41,217 bases of DNA from a virus (IMGVR_UViG_3300005805_000169:1-41217); one strand, 5' to 3'. Shown: positions 17,541 to 25,927, counted from the stretch's first letter. Program-made: numbers and translations. Notes: a model not told the origin generated them from the letters alone.

Positions 17541-17866
17541 TCCTCGAGTTGGTCGTGCGCCACGAAGATGTCGTGGCATGGCCCGTCGTTGTTGGCGAGG
17601 CTCGAGGACACCAGGTCGAGAAGCCGGGTGTCGTGAAGACGGTCGGCGATCAGGCCGCAGATGTGCTTCGGCAGGATGTCGTCGATGGGTGTGCCGGTGT
17701 CGTCGAGGATGTGCAGCAGGTAGACCTCCCTTCCGGGGTTGAAGCGGACGACAGCGGTGAGGATGGGAGCGTCCACGACGGACGGTTCCCAGTCGATGGA
17801 GCATGTGACTTGACGGCGCACGTGATCCTCGTCCTCGATGATGATGCGTGGTTCAGGCATTGGCAT
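17537..17866 (-). CDS. Hypothetical early protein
   Basis: GGAG upstream of the ATG; acidic; typical codon usage. Confidence 0.55.
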   Translation of the reverse strand: MPMPEPRIIIEDEDHVRRQVTCSIDWEPSVVDAPILTAVVRFNPGREVYLLHILDDTGTPIDDILPKHICGLIADRLHDTRLLDLVSSSLANNDGPCHDIFVAHDQLEE

Positions 17867-18569
17867 TGGTGGCTCCGATGGTGAGTAGGACTCGGCGCTC
17901 ACGGTCGGATACGACATGGCCGTGGGGCAGGTAGTTGACGTAGGAGATGTCGTCCCAGCAGGTGCGGCAGTCGTGGTCGGAACACGAACCGCCGGAGCGT
18001 GACTTGGGGCAGTCGACGATGCCGGGCAGTCCGCCGTCGATGGACACGGTGCCGTGGCCTAGGCCGGGAACGAAGGGTGGTTCGTCGCCGAAGTTGAGGG
18101 CGGACGGACGGACGCAGGCATTGGGCCTGCGGTGCAGGGCACGCAGGGCTGGCAACCATGCGGGAAAGAGATGGGTGCGGGTGGGAAACCAGAAGCGCGT
18201 GGCAGGGCAGCGGTCGACGATGCGGGTCCACATGTGGATGGACCCGAGGGAGTGGAAGTCGCCGCTGTCGTGGACACGGAAGAAGGAGTGGTCATCGAGG
18301 TGCAGGAAGCGGACGAGCAGCGAGGCGAAGGCGGCGGGGTCGGACTTCAGGAAGGCGAAGCGTGCCGCCTGTGTCTCGCGGACGTTGCGGAACAGGTAGT
18401 TGCCCTGCTGCGCATAGCACGAGGAGCAGATGCTGTTGGTGCCACGGTGCTCGGCGGGGCATGCGCCGTGCTTGCCGGCTGGCAGGGACCACGACCAGCA
18501 CGACATGGCCGAGGTCCACGTGAGCAGGGCGTATGACCTGCCGTCATGGGTGAAGCGTGGTGATTCCAT
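17853..18569 (-). CDS. Gp88-like (radical-SAM-related) phage protein
   Basis: SWSLPAG..ACP..C..CYA..GNY, FRVHDSGDF, FWFPTR and C-terminal CP..C..CRTCW. Confidence 0.75.
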   Translation of the reverse strand: MESPRFTHDGRSYALLTWTSAMSCWSWSLPAGKHGACPAEHRGTNSICSSCYAQQGNYLFRNVRETQAARFAFLKSDPAAFASLLVRFLHLDDHSFFRVHDSGDFHSLGSIHMWTRIVDRCPATRFWFPTRTHLFPAWLPALRALHRRPNACVRPSALNFGDEPPFVPGLGHGTVSIDGGLPGIVDCPKSRSGGSCSDHDCRTCWDDISYVNYLPHGHVVSDRERRVLLTIGATNANA

Positions 18570-18571
18570 CG

Positions 18572-19024
18572 TCAGTCCTCCTCGTCTCCGGGAAACAGGG
18601 TGATGCCGTCGACCCACTTGAACTTGCCGTCCTTGATGACATAGCGCCACTGCTCTCCGGCCTCGCCCTGCCATGTGAGGCGGGTCGTGCCTGGCAGGAC
18701 AGGGGCGAGATACTCGAAGAGCTTTTCCTCGTCGCCGCACTTGCAATCAAAGTGCAGGTCAATGATGTCGCCGGCTTCGTTGGTGATGGGCTCGAAGCGG
18801 AAGCACTCGAGCACACGGTAGAAGTCGTTGTCGGCGAGGGCCTTGTTGAGTTGGTCCATGTCGACCCACGAGAACCATCGCTTGCCGGCTCGGCCGCCGT
18901 ATCCACCGCCGCCCATGTTCTCGGGGCGGATGAACCTGGAGGTGAGCAGGTGAGAGCAGAGCGTGGGGAAGAGGGACTGCGGGATGTTGATCTCGGCGGC
19001 CTGGAGAATGACGTAGTAACCCAT
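18572..19024 (-). CDS. Conserved-looking hypothetical phage protein
   Basis: MGY..WFSW..K.GDEE..LAP..W.GE.GEQWR pattern. Confidence 0.6.
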   Translation of the reverse strand: MGYYVILQAAEINIPQSLFPTLCSHLLTSRFIRPENMGGGGYGGRAGKRWFSWVDMDQLNKALADNDFYRVLECFRFEPITNEAGDIIDLHFDCKCGDEEKLFEYLAPVLPGTTRLTWQGEAGEQWRYVIKDGKFKWVDGITLFPGDEED

Positions 19025-19102
19025 GTGTTGTCTCGGTGAGGGGTGCGAAGAACCACCCGCCGGTCGCATCGGCGGGGGCGAACGAAAGGATCAGTGGGGG
19101 TA

Positions 19103-19918
19103 TCACTCGAAGAGGCTGTCGGCCCAGTCCTCTTCACGGGCCTCGTCGATCTCACGGCAAGTGCCGTCGAGGATGGAGCAGAGGCGGGCGGTACGGCGCT
19201 GTGATTCAGCCGGCGAGTCGCTGGTCTTCTCGACCTCGGTGAAGGCGTTGAAGAGAGACCACATGGAGGGACCCTTGAGGGCGGTGTGTCCGCCGGGTCC
19301 GTCCTCGCGGTTGAACTCCTGCCAGACACGGGGCAGGAGCCGTCCGTTGGTGGCGCCCTTGGTGAGGGCGGTCATGCACAGGTCGGCTGCGTTGCGACGG
19401 GCGGAGACGGGGTCGGTGCCGAGCAGGCAGTTCTTCCAGCGGTCGACCTGCTGCTCGGTGTCGTCGAAGTAGCCGGGGAGTTCGGCGACCTTGTCGATGC
19501 AGAGACGGGGGAAGTCACGCATGATGTTGGTCGTGTGCTTGCGGCTGAACTTGACGATGGCGTTGTCGGCACGGAAGGCGAGGTTGTCGCAGACGAAGAC
19601 GCGGGTGCCGAGCACAGCCTGTGCGGAGAAGCGCATGCGGTGCGAGTTGCGGAGGCCGAGCACGTGGGCGTAGTCACCGGAGGTTCCGATGCGGTTGAGA
19701 GTGAGCACGCCGAAGTAGTCCTCGCCGGCCCTGCCCATGAGGCCGTGCTTCTGGTCGGTCACCTCGTAGCCGTGGTAGGCGAGGGCCTCGAGGACCTGCT
19801 CGAGGAAGTAGCGGTGCGGGATTGGGAAGTGCGAGCCGGTCGGGATCGGCGTGGTCACGTTGGTGACGTCGGCGAGGCTGGCGGAGTAGCCGCCGGCGTG
19901 GAGCATGAGGTTGCTCAT
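19103..19918 (-). CDS. DUF932-family protein
   Basis: P.PH, LGLRNSH, G.RVFVCDNLAF, KHT and W.LFNAFTE motifs. Confidence 0.75.
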   Translation of the reverse strand: MSNLMLHAGGYSASLADVTNVTTPIPTGSHFPIPHRYFLEQVLEALAYHGYEVTDQKHGLMGRAGEDYFGVLTLNRIGTSGDYAHVLGLRNSHRMRFSAQAVLGTRVFVCDNLAFRADNAIVKFSRKHTTNIMRDFPRLCIDKVAELPGYFDDTEQQVDRWKNCLLGTDPVSARRNAADLCMTALTKGATNGRLLPRVWQEFNREDGPGGHTALKGPSMWSLFNAFTEVEKTSDSPAESQRRTARLCSILDGTCREIDEAREEDWADSLFE

Positions 19919-20172
19919 GGTTTGCTGTCTCCGAAGGGTTCGTTGGGAAACCATATCCGCTGCCCCTTCTTGCAGGCGGACAAGGCGATGGCCTCCACGA
20001 GGGCGCACGGGCCATCGAGGAGGACGTCGAAGTCGAAGGTGTCGTTCTTGTCCTCGACGACGGAGAGCAGGTAGAACCTGTCGCCCGGCATCGAGGCGTC
20101 GTTGAGGCTCGCCGCACGGCTCGGCGAGAAGATCACGAAGTCATCGGGTTTGAACGTGGGTTGGTCGGTCAC
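19915..20172 (-). CDS. Hypothetical protein (GTG start)
   Basis: Start follows a predicted promoter; ATGA coupling to the DUF932 gene. Confidence 0.5.
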   Translation of the reverse strand: MTDQPTFKPDDFVIFSPSRAASLNDASMPGDRFYLLSVVEDKNDTFDFDVLLDGPCALVEAIALSACKKGQRIWFPNEPFGDSKP

Positions 20173-20180
20173 GGGCCTCC

Positions 20181-20226
20181 ATTGTATACGGGGTTGTGAG
20201 GATGTAAAGGCCTTCACGGTGAAGGC
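20181..20226 (-). promoter_or_regulatory. Sigma-70-type promoter with adjacent 8-1-8 palindrome
   Basis: Minus strand TTTACA-16 nt-TACAAT; GCCTTCAC-G-GTGAAGGC at 20210-20226 abuts the -35. Confidence 0.55.
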
Positions 20227-20531
20227 AGATGATGTGGTCCCCACCGGCGGGAGCGCCAGTCGGGAATGACGCGGACGATTTCGTCGGTGTCCTTGAGGAT
20301 GTCCGACGATGAACGGGAGTCGCTGCGGGGCAGCAGGATGAACACGGGGCAGTAGCCGGAGGTGATGCCGACCCTGCCTCGGCGGGTGTAGGTGGTGCCG
20401 TCGGGGTTGTGGGTGCGGACCTCGATTCGGGGACCTCGGTAGTAGGGCTTGAAGTTGGGGGCGAGCAGGCCCTCGTCGAACTTGGCGCCGTGGATTTGGC
20501 GCAGCGTGTTGAGGGTTTGGTTGAGGGTCAT
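20214..20531 (-). CDS. Hypothetical early protein
   Basis: GGAGG RBS; ATGA coupling; RRGRVGITSGYCPVFILL. Confidence 0.55.
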   Translation of the reverse strand: MTLNQTLNTLRQIHGAKFDEGLLAPNFKPYYRGPRIEVRTHNPDGTTYTRRGRVGITSGYCPVFILLPRSDSRSSSDILKDTDEIVRVIPDWRSRRWGPHHLPSP

Positions 20532-20734
20532 TTGGGTTCGGCCTCCCAGTTGGTTTCGCTTTCCGTCTCGATGAACTTCTCGCTGGTGGGTTCGATGTAG
20601 TTGCCCTTGTCGTCGTTGCGGTTGATGCAGAAGTCGATGGCCTGCTGGGGAGAGGAGGCCTCGACCTCGAACTCCACGGAGTGGAGGAGCGTGGCGATGC
20701 AGGTGACTCGGTAGGTTCGGAGTGGTTGGGTCAT
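20528..20734 (-). CDS. Small hypothetical protein (VEA.S..A type)
   Basis: TYRVT..EVEASSPQQA; coupled on both sides. Confidence 0.55.
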   Translation of the reverse strand: MTQPLRTYRVTCIATLLHSVEFEVEASSPQQAIDFCINRNDDKGNYIEPTSEKFIETESETNWEAEPK

Positions 20735-20985
20735 GGGATTTGTTCGCCGCATTCGTCGCAGGTGATGCCGTCGGGGTAGTCGTCGGTCGAGAAGATGGGG
20801 CGAACCTCCTCGCCGTCGATGTTGGTGAGGTCGTCGGGCAGTCGGTGCTCGTCGTAGCGGGGAGGCTTGCGGGTTTGGCCGGGTGAGGGCTTCTCGCGGA
20901 TGAGTTCGCCGTTGTCGAAGGCGGTGTCGGTGCAGGACGGGCAGCAGATTGCGGAGTTGAATGAGTAGGCGATGATGTGAGGCAT
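20731..20985 (-). CDS. Small zinc-binding protein
   Basis: CPSC...CDECG. Confidence 0.6.
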   Translation of the reverse strand: MPHIIAYSFNSAICCPSCTDTAFDNGELIREKPSPGQTRKPPRYDEHRLPDDLTNIDGEEVRPIFSTDDYPDGITCDECGEQIP

Positions 20986-20997
20986 GGGGCGTCCAAT

Positions 20998-21034
20998 GGA
21001 AAACCCCCTGCGCCAAACGACTCGGCGCAGGGGG
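20998..21034 (-). terminator. Rho-independent terminator
   Basis: 11-bp CCCCCTGCGCC/GGCGCAGGGGG stem followed by TTTT on the minus strand. Confidence 0.65.
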
Positions 21035-21051
21035 CGGAAACAGAGTGCGGG

Positions 21052-21618
21052 TCAGAAGACTTCGTCGGCGGGGATGTCGATGGTGCGGTTGTTGCGCTCG
21101 GGGCGAGGCAGGTAGTCGTCGCGGTTGGTGACAGCCGGGCCGGAGGAGACGGGGTCGAGGTTGATGAACTCCGTCATGTCCGGGGTTGGCGGCACATCGG
21201 AGACCTCGTCGACGAGGACACCCGACAGGAGATGGCGGAGCATCTCACGGTTGGTGAGGTGGTTAGTGCCCACGAAGAAGCAACCGAGAATCGCCATGCC
21301 GTAGATGATCTTCCAGAGGGCGTGCTCGACATCGACCTCGGAGAGGGTGTCGATGTCACAGGGGGCGGGGAGGGTGAGGCCGATCTCGCGGAGTTGGGCG
21401 AGGTTGGTCGTCCGGGGTGCGGAGTTCATGTCGTACTCCATCGCAGCGATGAAGCCGGGGGTTTCGGGGTTGTCGGCGATGAACTTGGAGATGCCGCGCT
21501 TGCGGATCTCGGTCTTGCTGGCGAAGACCTGCTCGATCTGCGGATTGCGCAGGTCGAAGGGGATTGCGGGTCCGCCGTTGGTGATGCGGAAGGGGTGTCC
21601 GAAACGGTAGTTGTCCAT
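21052..21618 (-). CDS. Hypothetical protein resembling a bacterial family (AP.TT..LP.P..LW..I..TNHLTNRE..RD..LP.P)
   Basis: Clear ORF between two terminators; resemblance from recall only. Confidence 0.6.
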   Translation of the reverse strand: MDNYRFGHPFRITNGGPAIPFDLRNPQIEQVFASKTEIRKRGISKFIADNPETPGFIAAMEYDMNSAPRTTNLAQLREIGLTLPAPCDIDTLSEVDVEHALWKIIYGMAILGCFFVGTNHLTNREMLRHLLSGVLVDEVSDVPPTPDMTEFINLDPVSSGPAVTNRDDYLPRPERNNRTIDIPADEVF

Positions 21619-21680
21619 GTCTCTGAGTCCTGCACGGGTTTGGTTGGTCTCCCCGTGTGCCGTGCCACACAGGGAGTGTG

Positions 21681-21718
21681 AAAGAAACCCTCCGCTCCCC
21701 CGTCAAGGGGAGGGAGGG
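21681..21718 (-). terminator. Rho-independent terminator
   Basis: GC-rich hairpin followed by TTTCTTT on the minus strand. Confidence 0.6.
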
Positions 21719-21739
21719 CATGGGGGAAAAGATGCTGGG

Positions 21740-21991
21740 TTAGACGGAGCCGGTGTCGGCCGGCACTCCGTCGTAGGGGTCGAGGTCTTCGAGGGAGAGA
21801 TCGGAGAGGCCGACCTCGGGCTCGAAGACGAAGAGGATGGTGACGCCGCGCTTGATGCACAGCGTCTCTTCGTTCTCGCTTCCGATGGCCTCCATTGCGA
21901 GAATGGCGTCCTGGCTGTGCATTGCACCAGCGATGATGCGGTCGGAAGCGGTCTTGGTGTTGATGTCGTAGCGGTGGATGGTGTAGTTCAT
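21740..21991 (-). CDS. Hypothetical acidic early protein
   Basis: ORF from ATG 21991; typical codon usage. Confidence 0.5.
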   Translation of the reverse strand: MNYTIHRYDINTKTASDRIIAGAMHSQDAILAMEAIGSENEETLCIKRGVTILFVFEPEVGLSDLSLEDLDPYDGVPADTGSV

Positions 21992-21996
21992 GTTGG

Positions 21997-22101
21997 TCAG
22001 ATGATGTAGGAGAGGAAGTGGCACACGGCGAGAAGGGCGACGAAGGCGATGGTGCCGCAGATGAGTTCTGCGGTTGACGGGTTGTTGGTTTGGCGGGTCA
22101 T
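21997..22101 (-). CDS. 34-aa single-TM protein (not in ORF track)
   Basis: MTRQTNNPSTAELICGTIAFVALLAVCHFLSYII. Confidence 0.4.
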   Translation of the reverse strand: MTRQTNNPSTAELICGTIAFVALLAVCHFLSYII

Positions 22102-22145
22102 TGGGGGTTGTGGGGTTGGGCTGTGCTGGACAGCGCGCTCGGCGC

Positions 22146-22184
22146 AAAAAAGAGAAAGGGCCCGGGGCGTGAACCCCGGGCCCT
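22146..22184 (-). terminator. Rho-independent terminator
   Basis: AGGGCCCGGGG-ttcacg-CCCCGGGCCCT followed by TTCTCTTTTT on the minus strand. Confidence 0.75.
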
Positions 22185-22188
22185 CCGG

Positions 22189-22533
22189 TCACAGTTCCAC
22201 CGACTCACCGGCGGAGCCGGTCGTCGTCGTCACGGCGCGGACCTCGAGCGTCGGAATCCGGCCGAAGCGCTTCGTCGCCACGAGACGGCACTCGACTCCG
22301 TCGATGACGAAGGTTCCGCCGAGATCGACGGTGCCGAGCACCGTCCAAGAGACCTCCTTCTCCTTGCCGTCCTCCTTGATCTTCGCCGTCTTGACCTCGG
22401 CTTCGCCGACGAGGATCGTCAGCCCGATCTTGCGAGCGTTCCCGGCCTTGTTCGTCCCCTGATCTACGATCAGGGAGTGCGTGCTCATCGAGACGGTCGG
22501 GTTCTTCACGAACTTCGGTGCGTTCTTTGCCAT
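22189..22533 (-). CDS. First early gene; hypothetical beta-rich protein
   Basis: GGAGA RBS, strongly biased codons, own terminator. Confidence 0.7.
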   Translation of the reverse strand: MAKNAPKFVKNPTVSMSTHSLIVDQGTNKAGNARKIGLTILVGEAEVKTAKIKEDGKEKEVSWTVLGTVDLGGTFVIDGVECRLVATKRFGRIPTLEVRAVTTTTGSAGESVEL

Positions 22534-22539
22534 TGTTCT

Positions 22540-22990
22540 GTCTCCAGTTAGAGTCTCCGGCCTCACAGCGAGGCCGACACCCTTCCGCTTACGGTAGGGG
22601 CAACCCCCCCGGCTTTCGGTCGTAAACCCTTGTCTTTCAACGGTTTATGAACTTCTTCGAATCTCGAAAGCCCTTACTCGGCGCAGTATAACGACCGATA
22701 ACTCGGACTCGACCAGCCACGGCCACCCCGTCAGCCCCCCGGACGGGCGCGACGCTGAGGGGGGAAAGACCATTTTTGTCTGGCAATTTGGTCTGAAATC
22801 CCCCCACTGACAGGTTGCTGCCAGGCTTACTGACAGACTTCGCCCAAACCGGAACCCCGTTTCTGAGCTCCTACGGCCCTTTATCTCTCTCTTTCTTCCT
22901 CCTGACAGGTCTGACAAGAGAAAGTAGAAAGTATATAAGGGAGTATATAGAGAGAAAAGTTGTGGGAAAAAGCTGTCAGTCCGCCTCTGG
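22540..22990. other. Non-coding control region; putative replication origin or genome-end junction
   Basis: Largest non-coding gap; AT-rich pyrimidine then purine tracts; CTGACA(G) repeats; AGTATATA twice; G/C skew inverts here; adjacent to the helicase gene. Confidence 0.55.
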
Positions 22991-22991
22991 C

Positions 22992-24419
22992 TCACCCGAG
23001 ATCGTCCTCTTGGTCCTTCTTCAGCGAAAGGCCCCCCAACGCGCGCGTTCCTTCAGCACCTTTCCTGATCCTGCTAAGGTCCCAGCTGGATTCGGCCTCA
23101 ATTCGTCTTAGCAGTTGGTTGTCAGCCACGTGCATCTTCACGTTATTGGACTTGCACCAGTCCTTCCACTCACGCCGCACCAGCTCGTTCGCCACCGACC
23201 CCGTCTTGTTCCGGACGAACCGGGCCTCCAAGAAGTAGTCGAACGGGTTATTGGCCAAGTGATAGTCCTTGACCACCCGCATCCCGCTATCAGTGGGGGT
23301 GAACTTCTCTCCGTCAGCTGCAGCCTCCAGCTTGATGGCTCCCCTTAGAGCCCATGCCGCGATGCCGGGCAGCTCGCCCTTCAGCACGTCCATCAGGTTG
23401 TGCTGCTCCTTGCCCTCGAAGCTTCTCTCAAACGGAAGCACCAGCATCTTGCCGCTCAGCCCACGGCCCTTGTTCGGCAGCTGGGGGATCTCGTTCGACT
23501 GCACCCACGGGGCGGCCTGCACCACGACGTTGCGCATCTGGCGCTTGTACTTCGCGTTGATCGAGATCGGGTCTCGTCCGAGCACGTTCTTCAGGACACG
23601 CACCGCCACCTCGCCCTCTCGCGAGTCCAGCTCGCTCACCTCCGAGATGCACAGCACCCGCGCGAACTCCAGCCCATCTAGCCCGAAGCTGCTGGCGATC
23701 TCGTCCAGGCTGCTGCCGACAAACCCGGTGCCTCCGACCAGCCACCTCATGACGGTGCCGATCGTGCCCTTGCCGGCACGGATCTTCCCGTGGAACAGCA
23801 TCCACTTCGCGTAGCGCCGGTGGCTCATCATCGAGTACCCCATCCAGCGCTGCAGCAGCTCCTTCCACACCTCGTCTCCACCGCTCCACTCCTCGAGGCA
23901 CCGCATCCACCTCGGGCACTGCGCCCCCGTATCCAGGTCGACGTCGACCACGCATGGATCGAACCACTCAGGTCCACGGGGCACGCACACCATCGCGCCC
24001 ACGGCCGCGCTCGCCTTCACGTCCACGATCACGTCCCTGAACGCGACGGCGCACTGCGGATCCTCCAGCCTGTCCCTGTAGTCAGGCCTCAGCCACTGCG
24101 GCACTTCTGTTCCAGCCACCCGGCACAGGGCCTCTAGCGCCCTCACGATCCCCGACACCTTGAACTCCGTGGGCCCGTACCGCTCCACGACCAGCCCGTT
24201 CGGGTCGTCGCTCACGTGCAGGTCCTCGGTCCACCGCCACACGGCGTCCTCGAGCCACTGCCTGTCCCTCTGCACCCACTTCCCTCCGTACCACTCGAAC
24301 AGCCGTCCCTGCACCTCCGCCAGCCCAAGCCCGTCGTCGAAGCAGACCTTCAGCATCGCCCTGGCCACCTTCATTGGCTCGGTGGTGCGAAGTGGATTTT
24401 GTTGTGTACCCAGTGTCAT
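22992..24419 (-). CDS. D5/P4-type superfamily 3 helicase; no primase domain recognised
   Basis: Walker A GKIRAGKGT, Walker B LCISE, motif C VQSNEIP, ISINAKYK, LVLPF. Confidence 0.85.
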   Translation of the reverse strand: MTLGTQQNPLRTTEPMKVARAMLKVCFDDGLGLAEVQGRLFEWYGGKWVQRDRQWLEDAVWRWTEDLHVSDDPNGLVVERYGPTEFKVSGIVRALEALCRVAGTEVPQWLRPDYRDRLEDPQCAVAFRDVIVDVKASAAVGAMVCVPRGPEWFDPCVVDVDLDTGAQCPRWMRCLEEWSGGDEVWKELLQRWMGYSMMSHRRYAKWMLFHGKIRAGKGTIGTVMRWLVGGTGFVGSSLDEIASSFGLDGLEFARVLCISEVSELDSREGEVAVRVLKNVLGRDPISINAKYKRQMRNVVVQAAPWVQSNEIPQLPNKGRGLSGKMLVLPFERSFEGKEQHNLMDVLKGELPGIAAWALRGAIKLEAAADGEKFTPTDSGMRVVKDYHLANNPFDYFLEARFVRNKTGSVANELVRREWKDWCKSNNVKMHVADNQLLRRIEAESSWDLSRIRKGAEGTRALGGLSLKKDQEDDLG

Positions 24420-24449
24420 CTGATTATCCTTTCAGCAGGAGACCGTCCT

Positions 24450-25481
24450 ATGGCGCTACAGTCACCCGTTCCAGACCCGAAGAAGAACATGTTCGCCCAG
24501 CTAGGCATGGACTACCTGGGCGATCCTACTAACGCTCTGCAGATCCTTGCGGCGCGACGGAAGGCTCCTGCACAAACCACAGAGGCCCTCGCCCCGAAGC
24601 CCAAGCCGCAGCCTGCCGCAGAACCGATGGCGACATACCCGACCACCACTGGTCCGGCTGCCCCTTCGACCGCTCCTGCTGCTACGCGACCTGCTGCGAC
24701 GACTTCTTCTAGGTGGAATCAGGCCCGGGACGCCGCCCGCCTCGCGTACCAGACCGAGATGGACAACATCAAGGCACGGGTCGCGCGTGGCGAGCAGGTG
24801 GACCCCTTGGAGTATAAGCGGGCGCAGGAGCGTTACAACAACAAACTCGGTGAAATCGATGCCCTCGAGCGTGACCGGTCGAACGCGACGGTCAACCGCG
24901 ACATGATCGCCCGCAACCGCGAGCGCCGGGCTGCACAGAACGAGATGGCTGGCAAGGCCTTGTCGGGCCTCCAATCCCGTATACCGGGCATCCTCTCAGA
25001 AGGCCAGGCCCTCGCCGACCGTAACCGCGACCTCGCCCGCTCGCAGGAGAAGATCGTCTCCCAGTTCGCCCTCGACGGCTACCCCCGCGAGGAGATGAAC
25101 CAGCCTCCCGCCCCTACCGCCGGCGGCATCGGCTTCATGGAGGCCCTCATCCGCAACCTGCGCCAGGCCGTCGCCTCCTCCCCCCAGGGCCAGCTCTCGT
25201 CCATCGCTGCTCCAGCTCCCGCTCCAGCTCCTGCTCCGGCTCCTGTTCCAGCCGTCCTGACGGATACGCAGATCGAGAACGCCTACACTGGCTCGGTGCC
25301 TAGCCGTCAGCTCACCGACACCCAGATGGAGACCATGCTTCCTCCGCCTGCACGAAAACCGGCCGTCGATCCTCAGCTCCAGGAGGACATCTCCACGGCC
25401 CGCGAATGGGGCATCTCCGTGCAGGATGTCCGGGAGCTCCGCGCCGTCCGCGACGAGATCCTCAGAGAACTCTCACGATGA
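24450..25481 (+). CDS. P/A-rich low-complexity and helical hypothetical protein
   Basis: AGGAGA RBS before ATG 24450; APAPAP tract; duplicated LTDTQ(I/M)E. Confidence 0.65.
   Translation: MALQSPVPDPKKNMFAQLGMDYLGDPTNALQILAARRKAPAQTTEALAPKPKPQPAAEPMATYPTTTGPAAPSTAPAATRPAATTSSRWNQARDAARLAYQTEMDNIKARVARGEQVDPLEYKRAQERYNNKLGEIDALERDRSNATVNRDMIARNRERRAAQNEMAGKALSGLQSRIPGILSEGQALADRNRDLARSQEKIVSQFALDGYPREEMNQPPAPTAGGIGFMEALIRNLRQAVASSPQGQLSSIAAPAPAPAPAPAPVPAVLTDTQIENAYTGSVPSRQLTDTQMETMLPPPARKPAVDPQLQEDISTAREWGISVQDVRELRAVRDEILRELSR
25207..25250 (+). repeat. Degenerate 6-nt tandem repeat (GCTCCN)n encoding an Ala-Pro linker
   Basis: gctccagctcccgctccagctcctgctccggctcctgttcca. Confidence 0.7.
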
Positions 25482-25924
25482 GCAAGAAGCGACGAGCCGG
25501 CATGTCCTTCAGCCTGGGAGGCGGGCTTCGCTGGGTCCACGAGTCGCGGTTCTGCGACGAGCTCCAGCTGACCCCGAAGGCGTTCCGGCGCCTGTGCCGG
25601 CAGATCGGCGTCCCGATGCTGCACATCCACGAGGACTGGCTCGTCAACCTCCACATGTTCCGCATCGGGCTCTGGGCCGCCTGCCGCTTCGGCCAGCCCG
25701 ACTTCCTGGTACCGGGCTGCGCCCGGATCTCGAAGGGCCGCAAGCCCGCTCGTCATCAGGCAACTTCCGTGTCCCGCGAGTACATCGAGCGGAATCTCCC
25801 GATGCTTATCGAGGAGATCAACAAGGCCCGCATCATGGACGGCGTCGAACTGGAACAGCGCACCATCGACGAGTCCCGCGACGCAGCCCGCCGTATGCTC
25901 AACCTCCTCAACCCCAGGACCTGA
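25478..25924 (+). CDS. Hypothetical protein with possible HTH
   Basis: FCDELQLTPKAFRRLCRQIGVP; ATGA coupling. Confidence 0.55.
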   Translation: MSKKRRAGMSFSLGGGLRWVHESRFCDELQLTPKAFRRLCRQIGVPMLHIHEDWLVNLHMFRIGLWAACRFGQPDFLVPGCARISKGRKPARHQATSVSREYIERNLPMLIEEINKARIMDGVELEQRTIDESRDAARRMLNLLNPRT

Positions 25925-25927
25925 CCC

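Noticed and set aside
22645-23238. ORFs 22645-22995, 22815-23111 and 22960-23238
   Set aside because: Atypical composition, no RBS, and they cross the AT-rich repeat region or the helicase antisense strand
24216-24449. Upstream extension of ORF 24216-25481
   Set aside because: Overlaps the helicase antisense strand; the RBS supports ATG 24450
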